From contig NC_090404.1 of assembly GCF_036365525.1 (NCBI RefSeq), positions 20,715,134 to 20,779,133 of the forward strand: DNA of 64,000 nt, given 5' to 3'. The notes below the pieces were generated by a model that saw only the letters and a list, made by a program, of their open reading frames with translations, did not search any database and was not told where the DNA came from. The position numbers and the translations under genes are program-made. Positions within the stretch are counted from its first letter, which is position 1. The number at the start of each line of letters is the position of its first letter. This DNA is from Heterodontus francisci (taxonomy: Eukaryota). Shown piece by piece: positions 10,294 to 22,854 of the stretch.

Positions 10294-11399
10294 TGACACT
10301 CCTGCACCTTCCACCAGTGCAGATACTCTAACCTCGGTGGGTATCCAATCAGCATTAGAATCAGGGTCACAAGCTGGCGATAGCCGAGACCTCTGACAGT
10401 CGGAGGACTGCATCTGTCCAGGCACCTGTTGAGCCCCAGGCTGATGATGAGCCTCTGGTGTCGACAGCACAGGGCATGAGGTAGTTACAGGGAGAGGTAA
10501 GGCAACATCTGGTGGAGATGCCAGAGGCCATGCGCAGCCATGAGTGGATGCTGGAGGTGTCCATCCATGCCATGACTGTGGCCATGTCCCAGGTATGTGA
10601 GTGAATGGCTTCATCCATCGAAAGATCGGCAACCTCAAGGAGAGCCACTTTCCACAGCTGCACCAAGACATGCAAGTCTTGCCTTGGCCATGACTTCAAT
10701 TCAGTAAGGGCAGGGTTGAGAGAAGGACCAGGAGCATGGACAGTGTTCCCACTCCTAGTCCTTCTCCCGAGAGCCGGGAGGTTCCAACGAGCCTTGAGAG
10801 GGAGGAGGGGAGGCTGCACTCCACATCTGTGGTCTCCCCTCAGGGCGATTCGAGTGTGAACACGGGCTCCTCAGCCCCTCCGCCAGTACGTCCAGCTCCA
10901 GTAGCCGCAACGCCTGAGGACAGTCCTGCAATGCTTCAGGAAGCCTTCAGGCAGTCGGGGTTCTCCAGGCCTCAGGCACCCAGCGGACGATCGCTGAAGT
11001 CACCCCAGGCAAAGAGGAATCCTGATCAGCAGCCTACCTCCAGTCCAGCTTCTATGGCAGAGTAAACGCCATGAATGAGAACCCACAAATGTATCGATGG
11101 CACACCTTGACACATAAGGGTATTCATGGATAAGACAGATATGTCATATTTACTTTAATTAAATGTGTTTTCCTGCCAATCATCAGCCTTGTCTGCAAAT
11201 CACATTCCGCCATCGAGTGCTTATGTGTCTTTCAATTACTTCACAAGTATTGACAAGGTGACCACTGACATCATCGGCATGCCAATATGCCTGATATTTA
11301 ATTGCAGGAATGATGTCACATGGGCAATGGCTCAGTTTGTTGCTGTCAGTCATGCTGGACAGACAGATGTAATGGAGGCAGAGTACTTGAGACTACATG

Positions 11400-12630
11400 C
11401 ATGATGGTGAGATTTGTTAGCAAATATTTTTCCAAAACTTTATGGATTGTGGAAACACGCAATTGTCAGTCTCTGCCTTGCCTCCCTTGCTCACTGTTCA
11501 CCATGTCCGGCCTTCATCGCTGTTCTCTGATTTCCCATGCGTGCTTGCCCTTGTGTGCCCGCTGTGACCTCTTTGTCAGAGGATGTCTCATGCTCCCGTA
11601 CTTCCTCATCTTGAAAGCCCCCCGCACCCCTCGTAGTGCAATGATGTGCAGAACGCAGCAGACTACAACAATGTGTACAACCCTGTCTGGGTCATATTGT
11701 AGGGCTCCACAAGATCTATTGAGACAGCAGGATTGTATCTTCAGCATACGAGTGGTTTGCTCGTTGGTTGCTCGGGGTGGAGCTAATGTAGGCATTGTAG
11801 CCGCTATTCAGCTTCATTGGTGTGGTTCCTCACGAGCGTCAAAAACCATGTCATCAACCTTTAGCCCAATAATCCACCCTGAAGGTGAGCAGGGGGATGG
11901 CAAAGCTGTGGCACCTGGGACTGGTGATGTATGTATCAGACATGGCAGCTGCCCGGGAGACAGGCACACACTTGTAAGAAGCGCTTTCTCTGGTCCCACA
12001 CTTGTTGGACATTGATCGAATGAAATCCCTTTCTGTTTTTTGGTGCGGGGGAGCCTTGATGCCTACATGTGTGTAGTTGATCGCACCTTGGACCTGTGGG
12101 AATCCTGCAATGGCCCTGAATTCAATGACCCTCTCGGCCTGACTCTCAGGGTCTGTCCTGTAGTGGACATGTCACCAACCCTCTTGAACAGAGCATCGGT
12201 CACCTCCTTGATGCAGCGTTGAGCTGCATATTGAGAAACCCCACACATGTCATCTATGGAACCTTGGAATGATCCAGAGGTTTAAAAGTGTGGGCCACAG
12301 TAATTTTGAGGGCCACAGGCATCGGGTGACCACCTAAACACATTGGCTGAAAATCATCATTCAGCAGTGCACAGAGTTGTGTGACAGCCTCTCTGGCACT
12401 GGTGCTCAGACATCTGTAGGAATGTCATCTGAGTCCTATAGTCTTGCTGGCGATCTGGGCTCCTCTTCGCCTTTGTGGCTGCTGCTGCTCACGTCTTGGA
12501 GCTTTCCCTCGAGCCACAACTGCCCATTGGACCTGCCTTTGGTAGAGATGGCTCATGACAGCAAGGGGATCGAGGAACACAGGGTGAATTATATCCATCT
12601 CTGTCCTCTTTGTAACTTCGGATTCCTTCA
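11400..12630 (-). pseudogene. Harbinger (HARBI1-like) DDE transposase remnant
   Basis: Minus ORF pieces CGVSQYAAQRCIKEVTDALF and CGALQYDPDRVVHIVVVCCVLH; frameshifted. Confidence 0.82.
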
Positions 12631-13639
12631 AAAGGACACGTACGCCTATCTGGGCAGAGACTTGCCTTAATGTCTGGTTCCACAGAATTCAGGCATGAGC
12701 TCTATGTTATGGCTTTATGTTGCCCTCACAACTTTTAAGTAAGTGCGAAGCACCATGACCATCAGAATAACATTTGAGTTGCCTGAACTGGACCTCCGAA
12801 AAAATCTTTAGTTTCCAAGTTCTGCCCCCCCCCCCATCCTACAACAGAGATCCCCTCTTTGCTCACATCTGAAGTTGCAATGTCTGATGTTAAAACAAAT
12901 TCAACAGTATAATTACGCATAACTAACCTACCCTTTGCAGGCACCAAAGACTCTCGCCTCAGTGACCCAATCTTTTCAAAGACTGGAAAGTGAAGGCACC
13001 TGGGTGCCGCACGTCACGCAAATGTGTTGGTCGGGTTGTGGCGAATTACATTATAATTAATGTAAAACGGTATTTAACATATTCCATGTACAGTCCCGTC
13101 ACAGAGCGACAGAGGCGCCGCCACGGAACTTCGCCGCCTCTGAGAAAATTGGAAACCACTATTACGGCTTCAGATTTCGTGGTGGATGAATCTGCACCGA
13201 TTCTCCAGCTCCCCGACCGCCATAGACCCGCCTTCAAATGGAGCACAAAATCCAACCCTGTATTATTTACCATCTGAAATATTTTCTGGAATATGTTACT
13301 GATGTTATTTTTCTTGTCTCTTTGATGTTCCCATTTTGGTTTCAATAGGTTTTCGATGCTATCTTTTTCTCCATCATGCTTTAATGTATTATTTTATATT
13401 CTGATATTATTGACCTGTCTTATTTTCAATCTGGGCGATTATATTAAACACAGAAGCAAGTGCACGGAGGTTAAGCAATCGTTTTCCACTCAGGACCATG
13501 TGTCAAAGCTATAAATTTCACACAGAATTCTGTAAAACGGATGATTTTGTTGGGAGTCGGACCAGTAACTTTCCTGTTCTCTCCAGCTCACAAACATGCA
13601 CTGTTCCTCTTTCTCTTTCTCCCTCTTCCTCTATTACAG

Positions 13640-14547
13640 CTAACTTGGCAGTGATTGTGATCCTGTCCCGAGGAAGATGCGGTCTCTCCAGATGTATCAC
13701 TTACTACCTGATGTCCATGGCAGTGACGGATCTCCTGATCATCATCACCGCTGTGATATTTAACCGGATTGTTGGTATTTATTTCCCAGGCAGTATCCTG
13801 TTCACCACACCCGTATGCAGTTTCCGTATTGCCCTAAATTATGTGATCATGGACAGTTCTGTCTGGTTAACGGTCACTTTCACCATTGATCGATTTGTGG
13901 CCATTTGCTGCCAGAAGCTGAAAATAAAATACTGCACCGAGAAAACAGCGGGACGGGTTATTGGAATCGTGCCTATAATGAGCTGTTTAAAATATACGTT
14001 CCAGTATTTTATATATGAACCTTTGTATATAATTAACGATATACCCTGGTTCTGCAAAATAAAATTAGCATTTTACACATCAAATGCATGGATTGCATAT
14101 GACTGGATTCGCCGCATTTTAAACCCTTGTCTCCCATTCATTCTGATTTTACTGCTCAATGCTCTGACCGTCAGACACATTCTCGCGGCCAGTGGAGCCC
14201 GCAGGAGACTCCGGGCTCACAGCAATGGAGAGACTCAGAGTGACCCAGAGATGGAGAGGCGGAGAAACTCCATCATTTTACTCTTCTGTATCTCGGGCAG
14301 TTTCGTCCTGTTATATCTGTTACGTCTTATAAATTTCCTTTTGGTCCGAATTGCGAAATTTAGTTATTTTTCTGGTACCAATTTCAGTGAATCAAATTAT
14401 ATTCTGGACCAAAGCGGATATATGTTTGAGCTTTTGAGTTCCTGTGTCAATCCGTTTATTTATGCAGGGACCCAGGGAAAATTCAGAGAGGAGTTACAGA
14501 ATGGAGTGAAATATGTACTGAGTCTAATTGTTAAATTGTTGAAATGA
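13640..14547 (+). CDS. GPR139/GPR142-like GPCR gene 1, coding exon 2 (spliced product 325 aa)
   Basis: Polypyrimidine tract and TACAG acceptor at 13639; motifs YLMSMAVTDLL, SVWLTVTFTIDRFVAIC, PCLPF and NPFIY; intact frame to TGA. Confidence 0.92.
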
Positions 14548-15175
14548 TGGGATAAGTAAAATCCAGCATGAATTACAGGTTATATTGCATCCATTGCTGT
14601 TCTTGTGCATTCACACACGGTCTCCCTCCCATAATCACTCGCTTTGAGATCGTTATCCATTGAGTGAATTTAAGAATGCATGATTCACCAATGCACAATT
14701 TAGTGCTGTGACATGTTCTCGTTTAGTTACCAGTTCCCTTCCCTGTGCTGACTCTAGCTTAATGCATTCCCTTCAGCCCCAGGGGCCCTGGAGTATATCT
14801 ACTTTCATATAGGAAACAGAGATTCCGACCTCTGATCTGTTATCAGATATCAATTTAAACTGTTCAATGAAGGGACATCAATATCCCTACTGAGAATGAT
14901 TTGGGTCTTAAGGATAGGATAGGCACTGAAATGGAATCGTGTAATGCCCCTATGCATTTGTCTCCAATCCATAGGCAACGCCTCACCGCCGCACTCTTGT
15001 GCCTATAAACATATGAGCAGAGCAAATGCCGGAGGAAAGAGCCGAAAACTAGTTCGCCTTTTTACATTTTTCATTGGCCAACTAGGACAACACCCCTGCG
15101 TCATCAAACAAAGTTAATTTATTTGAAAGAGTGCCCCCTTGTCCAAAGCGATGCAAACAATAAAGGCCCAAATCC

Positions 15176-15292
15176 ACATGTATCACTTACTACCTGATGT
15201 CTATGGCGGTGATGGCTGTTCTGGTCATGATCACCGCTATGATATTAAACTGGATTGCTGGATTTTTCCCCCCACTCAGTTTCCTGTCCTAG
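15176..15292 (+). pseudogene. Short relic of a GPR139-like exon 2 (TM2)
   Basis: TCITYYLMSMAVMAVLVMITAMILNWIAGFFPPLSFLS*, homologous to 13690-13805. Confidence 0.8.
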
Positions 15293-16071
15293 TGAACTGG
15301 ATCAGCTCTTCATGAACACTTATTGACAGCAGTACAGGATTATACTTCTATCCAGATGCTCCATGATCTTATCTATAACTTTACCCACTCTGAACCTCTA
15401 ACTCCATGGTGTGAAACTTCCTGAGCTACTTTTGTTGCCTTTTTTTTTTAGAAGGGCATAGAATCTGCCTTCATCTAATCTCCCGGTACCTCTACAGTAT
15501 TCAATATTTTCTCCTAGATTGACGGCCGTGACATGCAATTTTCTCCATGATTCCACATAGAATTCTCAGAAGCAACATATGTGGCGGATCAGACTGATTC
15601 ATCTTGTAGTTTTCACTTCTGTTCGTCAACAATACTGCTGGTAATGTGAATGGTGTCAGAATGTCCCTCGGAAACAGCATCGAGCACCCATGTTTAAATT
15701 TGAAAACATACGTATTTAGCACCATTGCTAAATCAGTTTTTAAGCCTTCATCCGATCACATTTTCAGTGGCACCCACTCCATCAATCGATTAACCTTTAT
15801 TTTTACAGTTAAAAAAAAAATCAAATTAGTAAACTTCTCTTCTCTCGTTATAATCAAGCCAAAATCGTTCATTGCCATTTTTATGCAACTTTCACACTCT
15901 AGGCGTGCGTTTTAGTATTGAATCAATCGACAGGACTTAGTGTGTCCCGTCAGCAAAGTTGGATATCCGGCTCCCCATTCCTTCATCGCCAGGAATGCCT
16001 TTTGGTGCTGAAGCCATCTTACTTTTGTGCTATTTCCTTCCTGAAAACAAATGTGTTATTTCTTTCACACT

Positions 16072-16163
16072 AAAAACAGAAAATGCTTAAAATACTCAGC
16101 AGTTGTGGCAGAATCTGTGGGGAGATAGAGTTAAACTTTCAGCTCTGTGACCTTTCATCAGCA
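16072..16163 (-). mobile_element. Penelope-like terminal fragment
   Basis: Same family as 47218-47356; the reverse strand reads CTGATGAAAGGTCACAGAGCTGAAAG. Confidence 0.55.
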
Positions 16164-16332
16164 CTCTTTATTAATTGTGTTGTTCTCATGTCACCGCAGC
16201 TTTCAGGGTCACGGTAGCACAAAAGCACTCCCAATACATCAGGGAGAAGTTACTGGGGAGAGGTACAGTTGGTGGAAACACACATTCATTCATAATGACA
16301 GATAATTACATCATTGACGATGAATGATACTA

Positions 16333-16562
16333 TGGCCACAGTGGCGAGCACGGCAGCCTCGCAGCTCCACGGACGCGGGTTCGATTCTGGGTACTGCCTG
16401 TGCGGAGTTTGCAAGTTCTCCCTGTGACCACGTGGGTTTCTGCCTCTCGAGTAGGTAGGTGGTAGGGGATACGGTTATTATAAGTGGGTGGTTCTTGGTC
16501 GGCACAGACTCGGTGAGCTGCAGAGTCTGTTTCAGTGCTGTACATCTAAAATAAAATAAAAA
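16333..16562 (+). mobile_element. HE1-like SINE, internally deleted
   Basis: Same head, B-box and tail as 3350-3788; (TAAAA)n end. Confidence 0.8.
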
Positions 16563-16689
16563 TGCACAGAGTAAATTACAGTGTAAGTTCTTTAAGCGCC
16601 TACATCACATCCAAACGAGCCGTCATTAATCAGAATTCAGCAAATATAACGATAAAGGCGATGTAAAACAATTAAATATTATAGAAATT

Positions 16690-18640
16690 CGTCAAAAGGT
16701 CGGGAGTGCTAAATGTAGAAAGGTCACCCGAACTGAATGGAACTTAGGTTGCTGAGCAGAGTAAGGACGCAGGTTGCTGAGCAGAGTAAGGACGCAAATT
16801 GCTGAGGCTCTGGACGCAAATTTTCAACCATCCTTGGATACCGAAGATGTGGCTGAAAACTGGAGGGTTTCAAATGTCACATCGCTGCTCTGAAAAGGAG
16901 CAAAGAACAAACAGGATAATATCGGTCTGTCAAAGTGGTAGGAAAAGCTCTAGTGAGAAAATTCCGAAACAAAGTTCATTTTTACTTGAAAGAACATGGG
17001 TTAATACATAACAACCAACACGGATTTGTAAAGGGCGAATCGTGCCTGACAAACTTGATTGAGTACTTCACTGAAATAACAGAAAGCATACTGAACGTAG
17101 TGTGGTTGGTTGGTTAATACGAGAATACAAACCGTGCTGTCACATGTGAAATCACTGGAGTGTCAGCAATTGATATGAATGACTGAATCCCTCCCCCATC
17201 CGAGGAAGATTTCAATGTCTTCTCTCCCTTTTGAACAGAGGAAAGGACCGGTTGAACCCTTTCCAGTAGACGGAGCAGGTGAATGGTCTCTCTGAAGTGT
17301 AACTGTGATGATGATTTTCTCGCTGGCATGGGCAATCGAACTCAGGATAGCTTGCACAGAATTGCAAAAGGCTGTTCATATTGGCTAATCTAATTGCATT
17401 TTTATTGGTGAAGTAACAGAGCAGGTTATTGAAGGGAATGCCCTGGATATTTTCTATACAAATTTTAAGAACGTGTTTGATAAAGTATCAAATAGAAGGC
17501 TGGTTAACAAAATTGCGGCTCGTAGAACAAGAAGGTCAGTGTCTAATTGGATAAAAAGAAGCTTAAGGACAGAAAACAGCGAGGGATGGTAAATGGCTTT
17601 TCTTTAGAATGGAGAACGGTAGATAGTCGTGTTCCCCCAGGATCAGTGCTGGGACCACTGTTCTTTTTCTTCTTATTTTTTGATATATATAACCTGGATC
17701 CTGGAATACAGTTTCGAATTTCAAAATTCGATTTTGATACCAAACTTAGAGGAGTGACAAACAGTGAGGATGATACGAGTCATCTGCGACAGGACAGAGG
17801 GTAGCAGAATGGGCAGAAAAGTGGCATCTGGAATTTAACACAGTCAAGGGTGAGCTGATGCATTTTGTCAAAAGGGATAAGGTGAGGCAATATAGATTCA
17901 ATGGTACACCTCTAAGCAGTATGCAAGAACAGAAGGATTTGAGGTGCGTGTGCTCCGTTCTTTGAAGGTGGCAGGACATACTGAGTGACTGGTTAGCAAA
18001 TTATATGCGATCTTGCGCTTCATAAATATAGGCATAGAGTGCAATAGCAGGGCAGTTAGGCTGAAACTTTATAAGCTTTGGTTAGGCCGCAACAAGAGTA
18101 TTGCATCCAATTCTGATCACTGCAGGATGTGAGGGTCCTTGAGACAGTGCAGAGGAAAATTAGCAGAATGGGTCCAGGCAAGATGGATTTTAGTTACTGG
18201 GTTAGGTTGAAAAAGCTGGGTTTGTTCTCCCTGGAGCAAAGGGAAATGTGGTAAAGCTGTACAAGATGATGACAGGCTTAAATAAGTTAGACAAGGAAAT
18301 CCTGTTCCCATTAATTAATGGTATAAGGACTAAGGGACACGGATTGAAGGTTTTGGACAAAAGATTCGTGGACAGTGTGAGGAAAACCCGTTTTTATACA
18401 GCGAGTGGTAACGACCTGGAACTAGCTTCCCATGAAAATGGTGGAGGTGGAAACTATAAATGATTTCAACAGGAAATTGGAAGGGCACATGAATGAAATA
18501 AATTTTCAGGGCTTCCAGGGTCAAGAGGGGGAGTGGGACAGACTGATTTGCTCTGGGGAGACCCGGCATGGACTCGATAGACGGAATGACCTCCTTCTAC
18601 TCTGTAAATTACTCTATTTAGTCTATGACTCTATGACAAG
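16690..18640 (+). mobile_element. Degenerate CR1 RT fragments with an embedded zinc-finger-containing segment (~17135-17335)
   Basis: QHGFVKGESCLTNLIE, SRVPPGSVLGPL and 3' TGACTCTATGA tail. Confidence 0.8.
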
Positions 18641-19164
18641 GTAATATTGGAAAAACTGACCAAAAGCGTAGTTAAAGAAGTCTATTTTAAGAACAGCCTT
18701 AAAGGAACGGAGGGGGAGAGAGGTAAAGAGGCAGAGTGATTTAGGGAGAGAAGTTCAGAGCTCAGGTTGCAGACATCTGAAGGCACGCTCAACAGTGGCG
18801 AAGTGATTAAAATCCGAATGCACAAAAGGGCATGATTCAAGGAGTGCAGAAGTCTTGGAAGCCCAGTTGAGTCTCAGGCTCCTAGCTCATTAGAGCATTT
18901 CCCCTGGTCAATCAGTGGCTCCTTCCCTCCTCCCCTCGCCCTATGTTTCCAACTAACTCCTAACTCGATCATCCTGTGTTCCCTAACATTTATGGGCACC
19001 GAGGCTCCAGTTGCCACTTCTAAAATGATTTACTGTATTTATCATGCCTTTTAAATTCCGCCAATCCTTGCATTTCCAGTTCTGACTGCATGAATCACGC
19101 TAATAGTTCTGAACCACCAATCCCGAGAGTGGACGTCCATGGTGAAGAGGCAATTAGGGCCAGA

Positions 19165-19262
19165 AAACTGAGATCCGTCACTGCCATGAACACCAGGTAC
19201 CAAGTGATATATCTGAAGAGACCACAACTTCCTCGGGACAGGATCACAATTGCTGCGATGCT
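19165..19262 (-). pseudogene. Inverted relic of a GPR139-like exon 2 start
   Basis: Minus strand reads SIAAIVILSRGSCGLFRYITWYLVFMAVTDL after a pyrimidine tract and CAG; homology ends after TDL. Confidence 0.82.
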
Positions 19263-21129
19263 CTGCGCAAAAAGGAGTAAAAAATTGAAATTACAATTTA
19301 GACTGCCATCGAGAGTCTTAGTTAGACCGGACTTGGTACAATACTTGTAAGATTACTGTTTGTACAAATGATCCTGCCCAATCGGCACAGATTTACTCAG
19401 TAAAGAAAGTTTGTCACCAAAAGACTTTCTACGTTTGATTTGAAGTTACAACCCGTTAAATTAGATTCTAAAAAGGAAAGAGAACGAAAGTACAGAAGAT
19501 ATTTAAACAAAAAATTAATCGATACATAACCTTAACATTAAATTGACTGAAAATTAGGGCTCGCCCTTTTAGAACAGAGGAGAATTTTTTCTCTCTCAGT
19601 GGGTTGTGTGACTTTGGAATTCTCTGCCTCAGAAGGTGGTGGAAGCGGGGTCATTGAATATTTTTTAAGGCGGGGGTGAATAGATTCTTGTCAGGCAAGG
19701 GAATCAAAGATTATCGGGGGTAAATGGGAGTGCGGAATTCGAGACAGAAACTGAAACATAGAAGGTGATCTTATTAAATGGCAGAGCAGGCTCGACGGGC
19801 TGAATGATTCTCCTAATCCGTATGGTATATTTAAAATCAACATGAAACTTATTATATTATATGAAACAGAGTGAGATGGGCTGCCATTTACACTTTGGGA
19901 GAATCACAAAGTGGCTCTCACACGGATTGACTCTGATTACAAATATTGGGAACTCGGTAAATGGTGCAGCCATTCTTCCAGTGTGCGTTGCAAAAGACAA
20001 TGAAGTAATTGACCAGTAATATGTATGTTTCTGGTACAGCCTGAGTGTCCAATATTGGCAAAGATAGAACTTCCAGCCGTTCCTCCACAAGGGACTGGGG
20101 CACTGTGTCAGGTATCTCAGTAAGGACGGCAATTCCCACAAGGAACACCCAGTGACAGCAGGAGATGGTCTTATGACATGCGGGATAGATGGTAAGGGAC
20201 TATTAGGGTGAATCATGTACCCAGAACAGGAAACGCAGCAAATGGCAGAATTTAAAAGGTATGATAAATGCTGTAAATCATTTTGGAAGTGGCGACTGGA
20301 GCCTCTGTGTCCATAAGGGATGATGAACTGTCGGTTTGAATTTGGATTTCAGCATCCACGGGATGATTGAGTTAGGAATTGAGTTAGGGCGAGGGGAGGA
20401 GGGGAGGAGCCACTGATTGACCAGTTCCAGTAATCAGACAGAGGGACTGCTCCGATCTGAAGTTGGAACCCGATACTCAAGCAGGATAGAGTTATAAAAT
20501 GTGCAACATCGAAGGTGATCTTTTGGCCCACATTATGCCCAAGCTGATTCTTTGGGAGAGCAATCCAGTAAGTCCTACTCACTTACCTTTTCCCTTAAGC
20601 CATGCAGTTTTGTTTTCAAATTCAAACACTTAAACTTTTCCTTTAGGGAGTTACTACTGAATCTGCTTCTACCACCCTTTCAGGCAGTGCATTCTAGATC
20701 ACCAATAATGCACTACATAAAACAAGTCTCTTAAAATCCCTTTCGGTCCTGTTGCCCATTGCAATGAATATATGTCCCCTGGTTCTTGATTTTGAATTTG
20801 TCAATTAACGCCACCCTCAACCTTCTCTTCTCTAAGGTGAACCACCCAAACTTGTCTGGTTTATTAAGATAATTGAAGCCCCATATTCTTTATTTATATT
20901 GCATGGTTCATCATTTATTGAGTTCTTGCTTTAAAACTGCCCTGAACAGCCGCCCTGCAGCCACTACTCGCCTTGCTATACTCCACTTCCATCTTTGCAC
21001 ATTGTTGCATACAATCTAATCCCTTATTTCACCACTACCCAGAGATGTTTATCCCAACAGCATCACACAAATAAACAAAATCAAATAGAAATGAAATAGA
21101 AGTTGGGAATTGAAAAGCAAACAAAATGC

Positions 21130-22415
21130 ACTCGAAACTCTTCCTGTATCTGACGGCATACAGGGGGAGAATAGAAGAGGTCTTGTATCAGGCAGAGAAC
21201 AGAGGGGGTCAGGTTTTGAAGCAGCTGTTTCTTCAGCAGGATCCAGATCTCTTACATTAACTGGTCCGTTCCCTTCACAGATGATGTCTGACCTCAGCAT
21301 CTACTTAATAAAATTATTAACTTGAGCTAGATAACGCAATTAATTAATAAAAATAAAATAAGCATTTCAATTTTAAATAACTCATGAGCAACTCTTTTGA
21401 ATAAAGAAATAAGTATAGATCGAAATGACAGAGCAGCCGACTACTGTAACAACAGTACCTGTGAGTTTGTGAAGAGCATTTCCATCCCAGACAAGCACAT
21501 CTGCAGTAAGTGTCTGCAGCTCGCGGAACCTCAGCTCAGTGTTGATGAGCTGGAGTCTGACCTGCTCACTGCGGGGCATTAGGGAGGGGCAAAGTTACCT
21601 GGACACTTTGTTCCAGCAGTCAGTCACACCCTTTGGTTAAATATAAGTTTAGAAATGTGAATTATCAAATTTCTTTGGAAAAATAAAAACATTGTTTTTA
21701 ATGGTGAAAGACAGGGAAATGTATGCATTTCTACATGACTCCCAAAAAGTTAACATGTAGGCACAGCAAGCGATTAGGAAGGCAAATGGTATGTTAGTTT
21801 TGTTAATAATTGATTGAAGTATAAGAGTAATAACGTCTTACAACAATTATGCAGGGATTTGGTGAACTCACATTTATATTACTGTGTGTAGCTTTTGTCT
21901 CTGCATCTAATGAAGGGCTTGCTTACCCAGAGAGAGTGCAACGAGCATCCAAGAGATTAGTTCCTGGGATGAGGGAATTGTCTGGGTGGAGAGATTGGGA
22001 GACCAGGTCCACATTCCCTGGAGTTGAGAAGAATGAGAGGTGATCTAATTGAGAAATATAACGTTCTTCAGGCCTCCGCACGATAAATACTGAGAAAATA
22101 TTTCTCCACCTATGAAATTTAGAACAATGGGTCACAGTCTCAGAATAAGGAGTTGACCAGTCAACACTGAGATGAAAAGAAATTTCTTCACTCAAAGGAT
22201 TGTGAATCTTTGGAATTCTCTATCCCAGAGAGCTGTGAATGCTTATTCGTTGAGAATATTCACTAGACAGGTCGTTAGATTACTGGGTACTAAGGAAATT
22301 AAGAAATATGGGATAGAAAATGGAGTTGAGATAAAAGATCAGCCATGGTCTTATTGAAAAGTGGAGCAGCCTGGAAGAACTAGATGGCCTACTCAAGCTG
22401 CTATTTCTTATGTTC
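21130..22415 (+). mobile_element. Degenerate CR1 (ORF1 zinc-finger/zipper piece + RT 3' end)
   Basis: CNNSTCEFV...HICSKCLQLAEPQLSVDELESDL; KRNFFTQRIVNLWNSL. Confidence 0.75.
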
Positions 22416-22854
22416 TCATCACGTGGCCCTAGGGGACAATTGAACCTGGCAAGGTGGCTGGATAGTCAAGGAGTAGCTGTTCATTGCAACTTTCCCTGCT
22501 CAATGTGTTTGACTTACATTGGCTGCCCTTCTGACAACATCTCATTTGTAAAATTCCCATAATTGGTTCCAAATCTCTCCTTGGCCTCTTTCCTCCCTTT
22601 TGATGTGACCTCCCGCGGCTTGACAACCTTTCCAGATTCCTACACTCCTTTAAACCTGGCCTTTGCCCATCCAGATTTTAATCACTCCGCCACTGTTGAC
22701 CGTGCATTCAGCTGTCTGGATCTAAGATCTGCACTTCCCTCTCTAAATCACTCTGCCCCTCTACCTTTCTCTACCTCTATTCCTTTAGGAATGTCCTTAA
22801 ATTCAACTGCTTTAACTATGCATTCCGTCAATTCTCCCAATATTAGCTTATCAA

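Larger units (their letters stand above)
6330..13258. mobile_element. PIF/Harbinger DNA transposon (Myb/SANT gene + transposase), decayed
   Basis: TIRs GGGCTGGATTTTGC and GCACAAAATCCAACCC; 3-bp TSD TGT; empty site in the gene 2 intron (~29822-29850); two convergent coding remnants inside. Confidence 0.88.

Noticed and set aside
11320-12015. 231-aa plus-strand ORF
   Set aside because: Antisense shadow of the Harbinger transposase remnant, with no recognisable domain.
13498-13639. N-terminal 47 aa of the 349-aa ORF as the true receptor start
   Set aside because: It runs through the polypyrimidine tract and acceptor. The paralog has no such open extension, and a conserved exon 1 supplies TM1.
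16746-16797. 25-bp direct duplication AGGTTGCTGAGCAGAGTAAGGACGC
   Set aside because: Simple local slippage within a dead CR1 fragment.
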